DNA of 64,000 nt, from contig OZ076411.1 in assembly GCA_964187785.1 (NCBI GenBank), positions 12,214,001 to 12,278,000 of the forward strand, in the 5' to 3' direction. Numbering within the stretch: the first letter of the stretch is position 1; the number at the start of each line of letters is the position of its first letter. Source of the DNA: Amphiscolops sp. MND2022 (Eukaryota). Shown in pieces: positions 23,800-35,603 of the stretch. The position numbers and the translations under genes are program-made. Below the pieces are notes generated by a model. That model saw only the letters and a program-made list of their open reading frames with translations. It ran no database searches and was not told where the DNA came from.

Positions 23800-25221
23800 A
23801 ACAAGACGGGAACGTCTAAAGTCGGCGCTATATCTAAGGCTCAAAAAGCGCAGTTTTCAAAATATGCGTAGGACGTTTTCATGAAGGACTCCTGTTTTCG
23901 AGGGGGCCTTTGGAAACAATAAAAATTTCGAAAAAAGTCTCAGCGCCGAAAGAATTGAAAAGGGGCCCTTTAGTCTCGTCCGGTTTTGTAGATTACGTTG
24001 AAAAAGTAAAAAATAAAAGGGGGACCCTTTGCACTAAGTTTCCACTGGCCGGACTTGGCCTCAGTAGTTTCTGTAAAAAGTGGACCATTCAGTGTGAGGT
24101 CTGTGGTCTAGAGAAAAAAAGTGTCACTGTAAGAGTCAGGCATTTTTCCTTCAAAGAAAAATGCGCCGACAAAAAACAACCAGTCATTACAGAATGAGCA
24201 TTGAGCTTCTCTAATGCAGATTGAAAAGGTGACATTAATCATTGCCCAATCCATTACCTGATGTTTTTTACCATCGAGAGGTAAACAACAAGCCGGGAAC
24301 GGCCCAAGTCGGCGCCCCGCTCAAGGTACAAAAGAGTGAAGTTTTTCAAATATGCTAAAGGACACTATTGTTGAAATTTTATCAATTCTCCAGTGCCGAA
24401 AAATACCGGAAGGGATACGTATAAGACTCGAAAATAACTTTCTCGCCAACTGGAAACAAAAAACTTTCTTTAAAAAAATCGGTATTTTTCTTTCGGAAAA
24501 AAGTCTCATAGTGCCGAAATACCCAAAAGGACACCCAAACGCTTTTTCCAAGCCAAAAACGTGAAGGGAGTACCATTTTACCGAAAGCAATTTCAAAAAA
24601 AGCCGCATCGTGTCGAAAAAAGTCGTTAATTAAACTACTTGAAACAGTAAAAACAAGCCGGGACCAGCTCAAGTCGGCGCCATATCTAAGGATCAAAAAT
24701 AGCAAAAGGACTTCAAAGTGTCGAAGTATTCTCTTCTACAGCACCCGAAAAAAAATTGAAAAGTCTCGCAATGCCGAAAAAAACTGAAAGGGGGACCCTA
24801 TAGTCTCGTCCGGTATATGTTACGCGGAAAAAAGGAAAAACCTTTGTTTCGGTTCCCTGGGGCAACAGGTACAATTTGGCGTCTCAAAAACACTGACGAA
24901 AAACATGAATATAGTCGACTCTTTTCTTAAGAAAAGCTCCGACTAAAAACTGAAGGGAGACACCCTTTGGTTCAATGAAAAAATTTCCAAAAGTCTCATA
25001 GCGCCAAAAAAAAGCGGAAGGCGGATCCTTCTGTTGTGGAATGGTTTTGTATCTCATGTTAGAGGCTTTGGATGCGTTCAAATTCAAGTAGCAAGTACTT
25101 ATCGTAAAAGTGCACCGTGCACAAAAAGTGGACCATTCAGAGTGAAACTGACAAAAAAAAACTAGTCACTGTAATAGTCGGGCACTTTTTCCTGAACCGA
25201 AAAAAAAACGCCGACTAAAAA
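23800..25221 (-). mobile_element. Three stacked HINE-like elements filling the Pin1 intron
   Basis: AACAAG ends at 23800, 24287 and 24652; opposite ends ATGCGCCGACAAAAAA (24161-24176) and CGCCGACTAAAAA (25209-25221). Confidence 0.8.
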
Positions 25222-25454
25222 CACACAAATTATTTTTCTATTGGAAAAAGACCGCGGAACTTTTTTGTAAACCCCACTCTAGCTATGAATTCCACTTTTA
25301 AAATTGCTCCAAATATGAAAAACACTTATTACTCCAATTTTCAGCAAAGAAAAATCATAAGTGCACTTACTGTTTTCGAGAAAATACAAATGCTGTTTTC
25401 AATTATAACTTCAGCGCGACAGGTGCCTGTTGAACACTTAGATGAAGAGCTAAC

Positions 25455-25601
25455 CGTTCAACTGTGATTGGTAGCCTTCGAGTTGCTGGATGGCCTCTTC
25501 TTTGGAGATTGTGATGTTGGGGTTCTTCCACGAGGATGGTCTTCTAGAGTCTCGGTGCTTCACCAACAAATGCAAACATTGCACACGCTCAGGCATTATA
25601 T
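25455..25601 (-). CDS. PIN1: Pin1-type parvulin, middle exon
   Basis: TTGCAG acceptor, GTTAGC donor, phase 1/1; IMPERVQCLHLLVKHRDSRRPSSWKNPNITISKEEAIQQLEGYQSQLN with the Pin1 phosphate-binding loop; joins the last exon in frame (GGC). Confidence 0.95.
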
Positions 25602-25632
25602 CTGCAACAAACTTTTCTGTTAAACAAAACCG

Positions 25633-25974
25633 TTTTTAGCCGGATCCTTTTCCCTTAAGGAAAAAAGCCCGACTATTACAGTGGGTAGTTTTTCAGTTCA
25701 CTCTGAATGGTCCAATTTTGTTGTTCATTTGTTCAACTTTTTAGCCGAGATATTTTAGTTCGGATATAACGTTTTCAAAGTTCGGATATAGCGTTTTCAA
25801 AATTTAGATGAAACGTTTTCAAAGATCTTATATGACGTTTCCAAAGTTCAGATATAACGTTTTCAAAGTTCGGATACTGTTTTCATTTTCCCCAAATTTT
25901 TCAATTTTTCCACAAAATTTCACAATTTGTTGAGGCTTAGATATGGTGCCAACTTGGGCCGTTCCCGTCTTCTT
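25633..25974 (+). mobile_element. HINE-like element with internal 22-bp tandem array
   Basis: Start TTTTTAGCCGG...AAAAAAGCCCGACTATTACAGTG; end GGTGCCAACTTGGGCCGTTCCCGTCTTCTT; about 6 copies of GTTCGGATATAACGTTTTCAAA at about 25757-25885. Confidence 0.75.
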
Positions 25975-26660
25975 AGTCATCAGAATTTGATACCAGAAGA
26001 GTTAGATTACAAATTACACTGCAAAGATGCTTCCGAGCTATACAAAAACAATCGCTCAAAAACTGATTTTCATCAATCAGTTCAAAATTTTCAAACGCTT
26101 CCGAGAGAAAAAGCTAACAAAGCTGCATCAATACATTGAGGGTCCAATTAGTCTTGCAAAAATCAATAGAGACTCACTCCTCACAAGGAAATTAACTTAA
26201 TAACCTTTCATAAAGTTATCAACAACCGGCAACGGCCAAATTTCAAAAGTCTCGCATAAGGCCGAATAAATCAAGAGAAAAAAAGCCGCATAAAAGTCAC
26301 AATTACATTTACTGCCACTTTAGGACCAACATTTGTTGGCAAAAAAGCAAAACGAGAGAATCGGCTCAAGTCAAATCATTCTAAGCATTTATATATTACA
26401 CAAAAAAGTTGGTTGGAAGCCGGAGAATTTTTTCAATTTCCCAGCGGTAGGAAAATTTCGGTATTTTGATGCTTTAAAAGTTTTGGATTGTAAGCGTGAA
26501 GTCTGTTAAAAAGGGCTTTTCAGTGTGATGTCTGTCACCTGACAAAACACTTGCCGTAGTGAGAGTCGGGCACTTTTTAGCCAGCAATGCTCTAATCAGT
26601 GGATAGTTTTCCCCCCGGGAGCACCTGAAAGGAAGCCATTTTCCCCTGAAAGGAAGCCAC

Positions 26661-27114
26661 TTTTTAGTTGGCGCTTTTCTAGAGAAAAGAGTAGACTATA
26701 GTCATTGCTTTTCGTCAGTGTTTTTTTAAGACCACCTGAACTGACCAAAATAGTTCTACCAAAAGTTCTACAAAATTTCAAATTTCACCTGTTGGCCCAG
26801 GGAACAGAACCAAAAAGTTTCCCGCATAACATACAATGCCGGACGAGACCAAAGGATCCCCCTTTGTTTTTTTCGGCATTGCGAGACTTTTTCGGAAGAT
26901 ATTTTTCCCCAAAGGGTCCCCCCTTCAATTTTTTTTGGGTTTTGCGACAGACTGGGTATAGAAAAATCCCAAAGGGTCGCCCTTTCAATTTTTTTTCGGC
27001 GTTGAGACTTTTTTCAAAAAAAAATTTAGTGCTGTAGAAGAGAATACTTTGATGTCCTTTTGTTATTTTTGAGCCTTGGATATGGCGCCGACTTGCGCCG
27101 GTCCCGGCTTGTTT
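26661..27114 (+). mobile_element. HINE-like element, complete copy
   Basis: TTTTTAGTTGGCGCTTTTCTAGAGAAAAG start; GGCGCCGACTTGCGCCGGTCCCGGCTTGTTT end. Confidence 0.8.
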
Positions 27115-27145
27115 ATAAATTTCAGAGTAAATTTTCCGTTGGGAA

Positions 27146-27216
27146 GCTTGATGGCCTCGTGGTTAGTGCGTAAGCTCGGGAAGCTGAAGGACGTGAGTCG
27201 AATCCCGCTCAGGGTC
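27146..27216 (+). mobile_element. tRNA-derived SINE head
   Basis: A box TGGCCTCGTGG and degenerate B box GAGTCGAATCC at tRNA-like spacing; cloverleaf imperfect. Confidence 0.55.
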
Positions 27217-27504
27217 GGTCTTTTATTTTCAAAAGAATTCTAGAAGCGTTTTCTTGTATAATGTAGAATGAGATATAATCCTTAAATAATGTCAAAAATT
27301 TCGGATATAGCGCATTTTTGTGTCTTGCAAGACGGAAATTATGGGTCCAAACGTAGCCAACATTGAACATTTCATTTCTTCGATTGAACTTATTTAGAAG
27401 CATGTTGCCAAATTTCGCAAGAACCTAAAATAATTCGGATATAACGTATGGAATTCAGATATATAGTATCTTGTTTTTATTGATTTCCACAATTTCGGCC
27501 TAAC

Positions 27505-27526
27505 TTCCCGACTGGTTGATTTCCAT
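27505..27526 (-). CDS. PIN1: Candidate first coding exon of the Pin1-type gene (MEINQSG+N)
   Basis: TTTTTTCTCCTAG acceptor at 27538, AAAAATGG start context, phase-1 GTTAGG donor compatible with the middle exon; model gives 127 aa. Confidence 0.5.
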
Positions 27527-27777
27527 TTTTAACGAAACTAGGAGAAAAAAGTGTCTCCATCTTCGATTTTTTCGGTTTCGTGTGACGAGAAAAAAATAAT
27601 TTCGTTAAAGGGACCCAACCATCTTTGGTTTTCTGATAATTTCAAAGGACCACATTCGTGATTTATTAAGCAGCCAGACATTTCCAGATTTCACATGAAC
27701 AGAGCATTTTAGCATATTTAAAAGTTTTTGCATTTTTTTAACCCTAATGAACCCAGTGGTACTTTAAAGCAGCCTAC

Positions 27778-28240
27778 CTTTTTTCAATTTCTGATTCCTT
27801 TTGCCAGTAGCCCATATTCTCTTCTCTAGCACAGTTTTTTTTCAACAATTCATTGATTAACTCAGATTGATTTGAATGGCACAAGCATTAGAAAAAGTGA
27901 ATGTCTCCAAACCTGAAAAAAAAACGTTTTTCGCACAAAAAATGGTTACAATTTTCCAAAATTCATTTTTTGGCAAAATAGTTTTCTCAAAAGTCTTTGG
28001 CTAATAACAACCCATAACAAAGCAACCCCATACCCTTCCACAACAAGCCATTGTGCGACAAACCCTGTTACAATATCCTGTTACTACAAGCCCCCGCAGC
28101 GATACCGGAAAAAGAAACTAAAATTCTGAAGAATGGGGCGCGCGGCGACAGGGACTCACCTGGTCAAAATGAAAGCCGAATATGTTTCAAACGCCCTGTA
28201 GTTCATTTCTCTGGTACGCGTAGTTGTGATACTAATGATT
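27778..28240 (-). other. Probable 5' untranslated exons of the Pin1-type gene (27778-27912 and 28153-about 28240)
   Basis: TTTTTTTCAG acceptor and GTAGGC donor around 27778-27912; strong GTGAGT donor at about 28152; CCAAT box (AGCCAATCA) at about 28356. Confidence 0.4.
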
Positions 28241-28964
28241 TAAATCAGATTTTTGAAAACTTGCAAACCGCCCAGGTCAATTAGGGTTAATCTTTAGCGG
28301 GGCACCAATTCCGAGTATCCCTGTTTGTCACAGCAAAATGCACTGACTCGAGCGTAGCCAATCAATATGCGCATACTTCAAAACAACATAACTCGTCCGG
28401 ATACAAAACTTGCAACGGAAAGTTCAATAAAATTGTCAACACTTCGTGGTTAACTTGAAAATTTTTGGCAAAAAACTTTCTCCATTCAAAAGTGTGCAAT
28501 TTGTTTTGACTACCAAAACATTCAAAAATTGTAGAATTGCTGGATACTGGAAAATTTTAGAGTTCCTTTCTGACAAAAGTTCGTATCTCCAGAAATACAT
28601 GTTATGAACCCAATAATTTCTCGTCGTTAAACACTGTAGAAATTCCTTTTTTTTCTGGATATCACATTGCGGGATTTTGATGAAAAACGCAGTAGAGATA
28701 AACTTTCTCTTTCAATATGAAATAGTGGCGAGAAATGGTTTTGAAATTTTCCAAAAATCACACCAAATTATACTAAACCCAAATTGCATTGGGCTTTCGG
28801 TGCCGTTTTTGCTCAACCTTATCTCTGGTCAAACTTACTCATTTACATTTCCTTTATGACTCAATAGTGGGACTCTGAAAATGCGGGGAAAACGGGGGAA
28901 CCGGGAAATAATTCAATTCAATGTGTGATCAAATGTAGCATCGACGATCACATGTTTATCAAAA

Positions 28965-29711
28965 TCATTTCCTAGATGTGGAAACTCGAGATGAGGATCG
29001 CGAGACTCTCGATGATCGCGTGGACTTTCGCCTTTTCTCCCTCCTTATCTTGGCGAGGAGCTGCTGGTATTCTTGTCGGCTGGCTTTGGATGCCTCAAAT
29101 CGCTTTCGTCGCTGGGCTCGCAACTTTCTCTTTCGCTGAAGTCGCTCGGGAGTAACCAGTCGCTGGATCTTGGGAGCGACAGTCCTCGGGGTTCCGTCCT
29201 TTCGTGGGGGTCTGTTGGGCTTAACCTTACGGATAACATATTGACGCACATCATCCTGCTTGCTCAAGTTGAACATCTTTCGGATCTTGCTGGCTCGTTT
29301 GGGGCCCATAGATCTGGGTCGGATGGAATCGGTCAGACCTGGGATCTCCGCAGGTCCTCGTTTCACAATTTTCAGACACAGCACGCTCATGTTATGCACG
29401 TCAATGATGCACCCACGCACAGACCTTCTTTTGCGTTCTCCCTTTCGCTTCCACGATTGGAAGCATTGAACACCAGCCTTCAGCAACAGTCGCACCCGGT
29501 TGGATGTGAGAACTCCCTGTTTCATGGCGAAACCGTCCTTGTCAGACCCACCTTGGATCTTGGCCACGTAACCTTTCCAGTCGTTTCCCAGGAAGTCCAT
29601 ATCAACGAACTGGGCCATACGCTTGTCGTTCAAATACTTCAACTTCTTTTCGTCATTGAACTCGATCTGCACCTGGTTGCCCGAAGCGGGGTACGCAATG
29701 TTGAACTTCAT
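28965..29711 (-). CDS. RPS6: 40S ribosomal protein S6 (eS6), intronless CDS with an acceptor 12 nt upstream of the ATG
   Basis: [13 protein letters not shown]..., [69 protein letters not shown], Ser-rich basic tail; TTTTTCAG acceptor at 29724, possible donor GTATTC at 29807. Confidence 0.98.
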   Translation of the reverse strand: MKFNIAYPASGNQVQIEFNDEKKLKYLNDKRMAQFVDMDFLGNDWKGYVAKIQGGSDKDGFAMKQGVLTSNRVRLLLKAGVQCFQSWKRKGERKRRSVRGCIIDVHNMSVLCLKIVKRGPAEIPGLTDSIRPRSMGPKRASKIRKMFNLSKQDDVRQYVIRKVKPNRPPRKDGTPRTVAPKIQRLVTPERLQRKRKLRAQRRKRFEASKASRQEYQQLLAKIRREKRRKSTRSSRVSRSSSRVSTSRK

Positions 29712-30445
29712 CTTACCAGTGATCTGAAAAATTAAAAACTACCGTTAAGAATCAAAATCGACCAAACTTTTCAGAAACGCACCCACAGAGCGTTCAAGCA
29801 TGAATACCTTCCAGAGCTAACATCCCCAGACCTTGAAGAATTTCCAAAACACAAAAAGTTCATTACTTTTCCCCATTACACGAGTGACATCTGGATGAAA
29901 AATGAAATTCATTTAGCTAGAACTATCCAAATTGTTTCAAATTCATCAAGCTAGTCGGCATGATTGTTCGCCAATTCGGTTACATGACAATTTCAGGAGA
30001 GAATTTCCCATCACAGAGTTGCATCATTTCCAAAATTAGATGCTTAGAGTATGTTTGCACACTACATCAATTGGGTTGATTAGTCAAGGTCGCCGAGAAT
30101 CCTACTGGTTTGAGTCACTCAGATCCATGCCCGCCCATTCAAACGCAATAAATTCATTAGAATCCGGTGACAACTTTGATAATTGAAAGAATACTTTTTT
30201 CAAGGTAAAGCAAAAAGGTGCAAATTGAAAAAGATACAAATGCTGTTTCACAAATAACTTAACACGTTAAAATTATGAACGTTTGAGGTGGCGAAGCTTT
30301 GTTCTGTGCGAACGCAAATCAAATATTTAATGGAATGTAATGGAACTATACAAAATCAAATTTTTCTTGTTGAGCTCAATTTCTACACATCAATAAGACA
30401 AATCAAAATCCATAACATAAATCATTTAGGAAAAACGAACGAAAA

Positions 30446-32434
30446 TTATCTTTTCGCAGTTGAGAAGCGACTCAAAGGATCGAAAAATTTGCTCTCAAGA
30501 CCTCTTTGTTGAACAGCATTCCTTTTCTTTTCCTTCTTTTCTTGCAAAAGTTTTTGCTTCCTGATTTCACTTCTCGCCTTTTCTTTCAAACCAGACTTTC
30601 TCTGTTCTTTCTTCATTGATTTGCCTTTTCCTTTGGCTTTCGCTTTCAAAACTATTTTGGGTATTTTAACATCATCTGGGTTCTTAGAAACTCTTTCGTC
30701 TGCTTCGACCCGGAGCAATGAGTCATTATCTAGAGATATCATTTCGGGTTGGATCTTGTCCAATAAATTCTTGACCTCAGCTTCTTGTCGTTGCTTTTTG
30801 GTCGCATACGGGTTAACTTCCAGGCCATCGAAATTGGGTTCTCCGGCCCCCGGAACCAGCAAACTAGATACGCCCATTTGGTGACCAATTCCAACGACGT
30901 CTTCGTAAGGACAAAATTGTACGTTGCCAATTTGCGTTTTATGGAGTCTATGACTAAGATATGGCTTGGCAATCGACTTTGAACCACAAATGTCTCGGAA
31001 AATGTCGACATTTCTCGGAAATGCAGCCGCTAGTAAGCCTTTCTGACTGAAGTCCAAGCTACGGGCAGTTACACTTAGCTTGTAGGAATGAACCGGGGAA
31101 AACATTCTCAAGTCAAATATACGGAGTCTTCTGTCAATTCCACTGGTAGCCAAATAATGTCCAGAGTTATCCACGGCCATGCTGGCAACCGCCGATCGAT
31201 GACAAGCCATTTTGGCTAATGGTTTATTGCTACTTGGAGCCCATAAATTCACAATTCCATTGGGGTGTGCAGTAAAAACGACTGCATTTTGAGGGTTTTG
31301 GACCATTTCACGGACCCCTTTTAACTTTGTGCGCAAGGTGGCCACAATTTGACCAATTGAAACGTCAAGGTAGGTGAGAAAACCCAACGAGTTCATGGAT
31401 GTTAACAAAAAGTGGTACGGTAAAAACTGCATGGTATTAACATTGTCAAGTTGCCTCAACGCATGAAGCTCCACGCCTTGATTGTCATAGATATGGACCC
31501 ATCGCTTCTGAGCAGCTGCGAACATATTTTCGTTATGCAACCAACAGATGTCGTTCACATGTTCCATGACATTGATTTCACACTTCAGCATTTTACTGAA
31601 CCAGTCAAAAGCGGCTATATGACCCAGCTTTCCGCCAATCAGAAGAAACTTTCCATTACGAGTATATTTCACTTTATAAGGTCCGAACTCTTTGAGATTC
31701 AAATCGAACCGCTTCACTGCACTTGAAACGTCAACATTTTTCTGCAACAGATCTTGGTCAAGGTAAACCAGTTCTTCATCTCCGATGTCGATATAGCCCG
31801 ATTCCTCTGACAAAAATATATCATATTTCGCGGCTTTCTCAGTGGCTTCTTCAATGGCTGATTCTTCTTTTTGTATCATCTCTTTCACTTTGGTCTGTCT
31901 GATGTGACTGTTCAAAACCTTTTCACCTTTGTGATACAACTTCATTGTTTTCTCGGGAATGGTGATTTTTGTTTCGGTTGCTTTTTGTTTACCAACTCGC
32001 CGTTTCTTTGCCTTTTGAGCCGGTTTTGGGCTTTGTGTAGATGCTGCCGCGGCTGCTGCGTTAAACATACCATCATCAGTATTTGCATCAAAAGGAGTAC
32101 TTGTAACATTGGACTTCAAAGTCGCAATTGTGGGGTCAAGAACACCGCCAAAGGATTTCTTACTCTTCCTGTTCCTGTCTTTGCTGGCCCCTAATTTTCT
32201 TCTCATTTTGGAAGCCAAAGATTCTGATCTTCGTGGTTTAATATTTGTCTCTACTGTCTGCATGATGTTGGAATGTGCGTGAACAACACGTGAAGAGTCG
32301 TCATTTCCTGGGTCTGATTCGAAGTCACTGCCTGATGGAATTTCCATTTCCAAAACTTCATTGTCACCATCTTCAGTCGCAAATGCACGGACATCGCCCG
32401 CTGCAGCACCTTGTCTGTCGATGAAGAAACTCAT
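30446..32434 (-). CDS. WDR46: WD-repeat protein 46 / Utp7 (SSU processome), intronless CDS
   Basis: FDLNLKEFGPYKVKYTRNGKFLLIGGKLGHIAAFDW, LPYHFLL, FCPYEDVVGIGHQMGVSSLLVPGAGEPNFDGLEVNPYATKKQRQEAEVKNLLDKIQPEMISL (BING4CT); first ATG at 32434; acceptor at 32510. Confidence 0.95.
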   Translation of the reverse strand: MSFFIDRQGAAAGDVRAFATEDGDNEVLEMEIPSGSDFESDPGNDDSSRVVHAHSNIMQTVETNIKPRRSESLASKMRRKLGASKDRNRKSKKSFGGVLDPTIATLKSNVTSTPFDANTDDGMFNAAAAAASTQSPKPAQKAKKRRVGKQKATETKITIPEKTMKLYHKGEKVLNSHIRQTKVKEMIQKEESAIEEATEKAAKYDIFLSEESGYIDIGDEELVYLDQDLLQKNVDVSSAVKRFDLNLKEFGPYKVKYTRNGKFLLIGGKLGHIAAFDWFSKMLKCEINVMEHVNDICWLHNENMFAAAQKRWVHIYDNQGVELHALRQLDNVNTMQFLPYHFLLTSMNSLGFLTYLDVSIGQIVATLRTKLKGVREMVQNPQNAVVFTAHPNGIVNLWAPSSNKPLAKMACHRSAVASMAVDNSGHYLATSGIDRRLRIFDLRMFSPVHSYKLSVTARSLDFSQKGLLAAAFPRNVDIFRDICGSKSIAKPYLSHRLHKTQIGNVQFCPYEDVVGIGHQMGVSSLLVPGAGEPNFDGLEVNPYATKKQRQEAEVKNLLDKIQPEMISLDNDSLLRVEADERVSKNPDDVKIPKIVLKAKAKGKGKSMKKEQRKSGLKEKARSEIRKQKLLQEKKEKKRNAVQQRGLESKFFDPLSRFSTAKR

Positions 32435-34884
32435 AATTCCACAGATAGAAACTGTACTGGAAGGTAAACACCGGAAAATAATTACATTCAATTATTACAT
32501 TGCCGACACCTGAAAAAGGTTTAAGGGTTTCTGTAGAGCTTCATAATATAATAGAGAACTTCAATACTTTTTTGTACGAAATTTTTCATTGCAGCTCCAA
32601 AATACTCTGATTGATTGAATTTTGATGGGATCAGGTTATTAATCAAAATGTCGACCTGGAAAAATAACTGACTACGGAAACTTTCGAGAAAAATTTAAAC
32701 AACATTTCAATTCCTGAATAAAACTAAGTTGCGAACTCCGTTCGTCTGTTCGTATGTCGTTAACGCCAGCAGTACGGTATAATATTTATAAATGAGTATT
32801 TCAACAGAATGATACAGCTAACTAAAAGTAATAACAGTAATTTTATATCAAAATCGCCGGCGTCAATTCAATTTACCTCATTAATATCTCCACCGTTCAT
32901 TTTCATTTTTTTCACTATAAACAATTCCAAGAAAATTTGATTTCTAAAACACTTCCCAAAAATTGTGACCATAGAATGCTGGAAAGGTGACATTACCTTG
33001 TATTTTCAATTTGAAGATGGACATTGATTGAATCTACCCAAATTTCATTTTACAAGTTCAACTTTTAGATGCGGAGCTCTATTTTTGAGGAAAATTCATC
33101 AAATTTGTGGTCGTAGCAAACAAGTTTTTGTTAGCACCAAAAATGATGTTATGGATGCGGCCTTTTTCTGCTGAGGTCACCTCTTTGCTTGCATTGGCTC
33201 CTTGTCGCAAGCTTTCTTCCTCCAATTGAACTTCAGGAACTGAACTCACTCGTGGTCGGATCAAACAGCGCTTTAAGCTTCGGCAGCACGTGAATGAAAA
33301 GATGTGCCAGCAAAATGGCAAAGATGAACTACTAACAGCAGTGAACCCAAAGATATACATGTACATATGCGCATTCTCAATACCCTCCTGTTTTACACCA
33401 TGTCACTAGATGCCATGTACACTATGTCATGTAGATTTCTAGTCACAATTATTACTCTGAACATGAAAAAAATCATACACTTGTATGTCATTCAGCTCGG
33501 GTCTTGATTTACTTACCATAAGCTGGTTAATTAAAGGGAAAATAATTTTTGGAAAAAATCTCAAACCCAACTTTGATTACATTACCTAATCACTTTCATT
33601 AATTAGTCGGCAGCCGTGATTTTGGCCGCACAGGATTATAGCCGCTTGAGATTATAACCAAAGCTACATATATTAACTTTTTTCTTTTGACTATTTAATG
33701 TGTAATCATAATAGTTACGAAATTAAAGGTTCTCTCAAGTGATTCGGCCGATTACAATTGGGAATTCAATCTTATTCTGCTAAAAAACTATTCGTCTTTA
33801 ATCCTGTTCGGCTATAATACATACCACCCAATTAATCGTTAGCATAATTAATCGTGAGCAGCTAGACGTTTTTTTATCACGTATCAAATCATCCAACATT
33901 ATCCGGGAGTCTTTCTGAATTATTTGCAAGAGCTAGGTCTCTTATCGCAATTTTGTTGTTGAGGGTTCAATGCTAGGCTAGATGGTGGCTGTTTAGCACT
34001 TTGCCACTTGGTCAACAGTGTTTAATCCCAAAGAAGAGCCGAAAGGGCGGTGAAAAAAGGAGGAGTTAAAGTACATATGATACAAGTTAATGTTGACAGT
34101 AAAATATATCTGCTGCTGCTGCTGTCTCAGTAAACTGTCGAGGCCAATTGTAGTGACCTCGTTATAAATCTATAATTTAAGCACCATTTGTTATTTTAAA
34201 GGCAAATAAATTGGTCCCTTTCACTTATCGGTGCGACTTAGTCTCCAACAAAACCATTCCTCGTGAACAAAAACATGGTAAACAATTTTACATGTATTCT
34301 ATTCAAAAACATCTCTCCTGATTTATTATCATCATCATGAGCGGTATGGCACTCAAATTCTATCGAAAATTTCTATTGAAAACTTAAATTCATTTATCAT
34401 TTTAGAGTCTTTTGATTGGATTAATACCAAGAACATATTTTTGTCACATTAGATTTAGATTAATCAAACGTTCGAGTTTTCTTCTTCAACATCTAAAATC
34501 AATCATTTCCCATTCCTTCTTCAGGGGCCTAATAACTTTCAATGTTTAAGACCATAATTGTTGAGGTAGTTCTGCTATGATAGTGAGAAATTCGGAGGGC
34601 GCACAGATAAAAGATTGAGGGTCAGAGAAAGCAGTGAAAGGTCATCGAGGTCGAATGAGAATAAGAGTAAAAGAGATGAAAAAGGAAAAAAAAACTAGGG
34701 GCGATGGCAAATGGGAGGAGTTAGGAGAACGGGCCCAAAGGAAGTAATTGCACCCAATGACAGTAGCAGTAAGGTAAATTTATGTATGATGCATCAATGT
34801 CCATCCATGTTACCTTTGTTAGAGTGCAAAAGCTAGAAAGTATTATCAAATACGTGTATTCTCTTTAGGCACACAATACATGTA

Positions 34885-35058
34885 CAGTTGAATCCGCCTA
34901 ATTCGTAACGCTAGGAACCGAATAAAACAATACGAACAATGAAAAATACGAAGTAACCGGTTGATAGTACATTTGTCTCCATGAAATGGGATACTTATAG
35001 ACGTACCAATTAAAGAAAGATCCAAACTATGCGGATCCTAATTAACCGAAGTTTACAG
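34885..35058. mobile_element. Degenerate Tc1/pogo-type MITE
   Basis: TA|CAGTTGAATCCG...CGAAGTTTACAG|TA imperfect TIRs. Confidence 0.4.
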
Positions 35059-35603
35059 TAATTAGCAAATTAGTTGGAAACTAGGGTTCTATTAAGTTAT
35101 CACTTAGGTTGTTTACTCACGGGTGCAATTACGTATAACGAGCCCCAGGGGTTAGGATGTGAAAATGGCGGGGAGGGGAGGGTGTTTGAAACCATGAACT
35201 TGGTCCCCCCTATCTCAAGTACTTGTAGGTGGTAATAAAAAGGACAGGGAAGGATTGAACAACAGGTGAGGATAGCTCTAATTGATTGATTGTTCTGTAA
35301 CTAGTTGTAGTCTATTGAGGTCCACAGAGCGATGAATGTCGGTGGTGTAGCTCTCCATTCATCTCGTGTCCTCTCCCTAACTGATGCTCTTTCTAACGGT
35401 CTCTGTTTGTATTCAACTGCGTCATGTAACAAGTTTCATGTTTTCTATGTGTATTCTAATAACTATAGTTTTGGACATCAGATCGGATGGAGGAAAGCTG
35501 GGCGACAGTGTATTCTTTCAAACCCATGATGACGTCATTGGATGAATGCTGCTTCTGAAACACATGTAGTATCAATCACTTCCAATTAAATGGGGGCTCC
35601 TAC

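Noticed and set aside
21650-27216. tRNA genes at 21650 and 27146
   Set aside because: Broken or degenerate B box and no proper acceptor stem; treated as SINE heads.
28040-28060. QW codons as a Pin1 WW exon
   Set aside because: Context QWLVVEGYGLL lacks the WW pattern and splice sites.
29073-29735. 220-aa plus-strand ORF
   Set aside because: Antisense shadow of RPS6.
28965-32434. WDR46 beside a ribosomal protein gene as conserved MHC-region linkage
   Set aside because: The vertebrate neighbour is RPS18, not RPS6.
33079-33366. 95-aa ORF as a CK1 tail exon or separate gene
   Set aside because: No recognisable homology; contains an internal GTGAGT donor; could be UTR. Cannot be assigned without RNA data.
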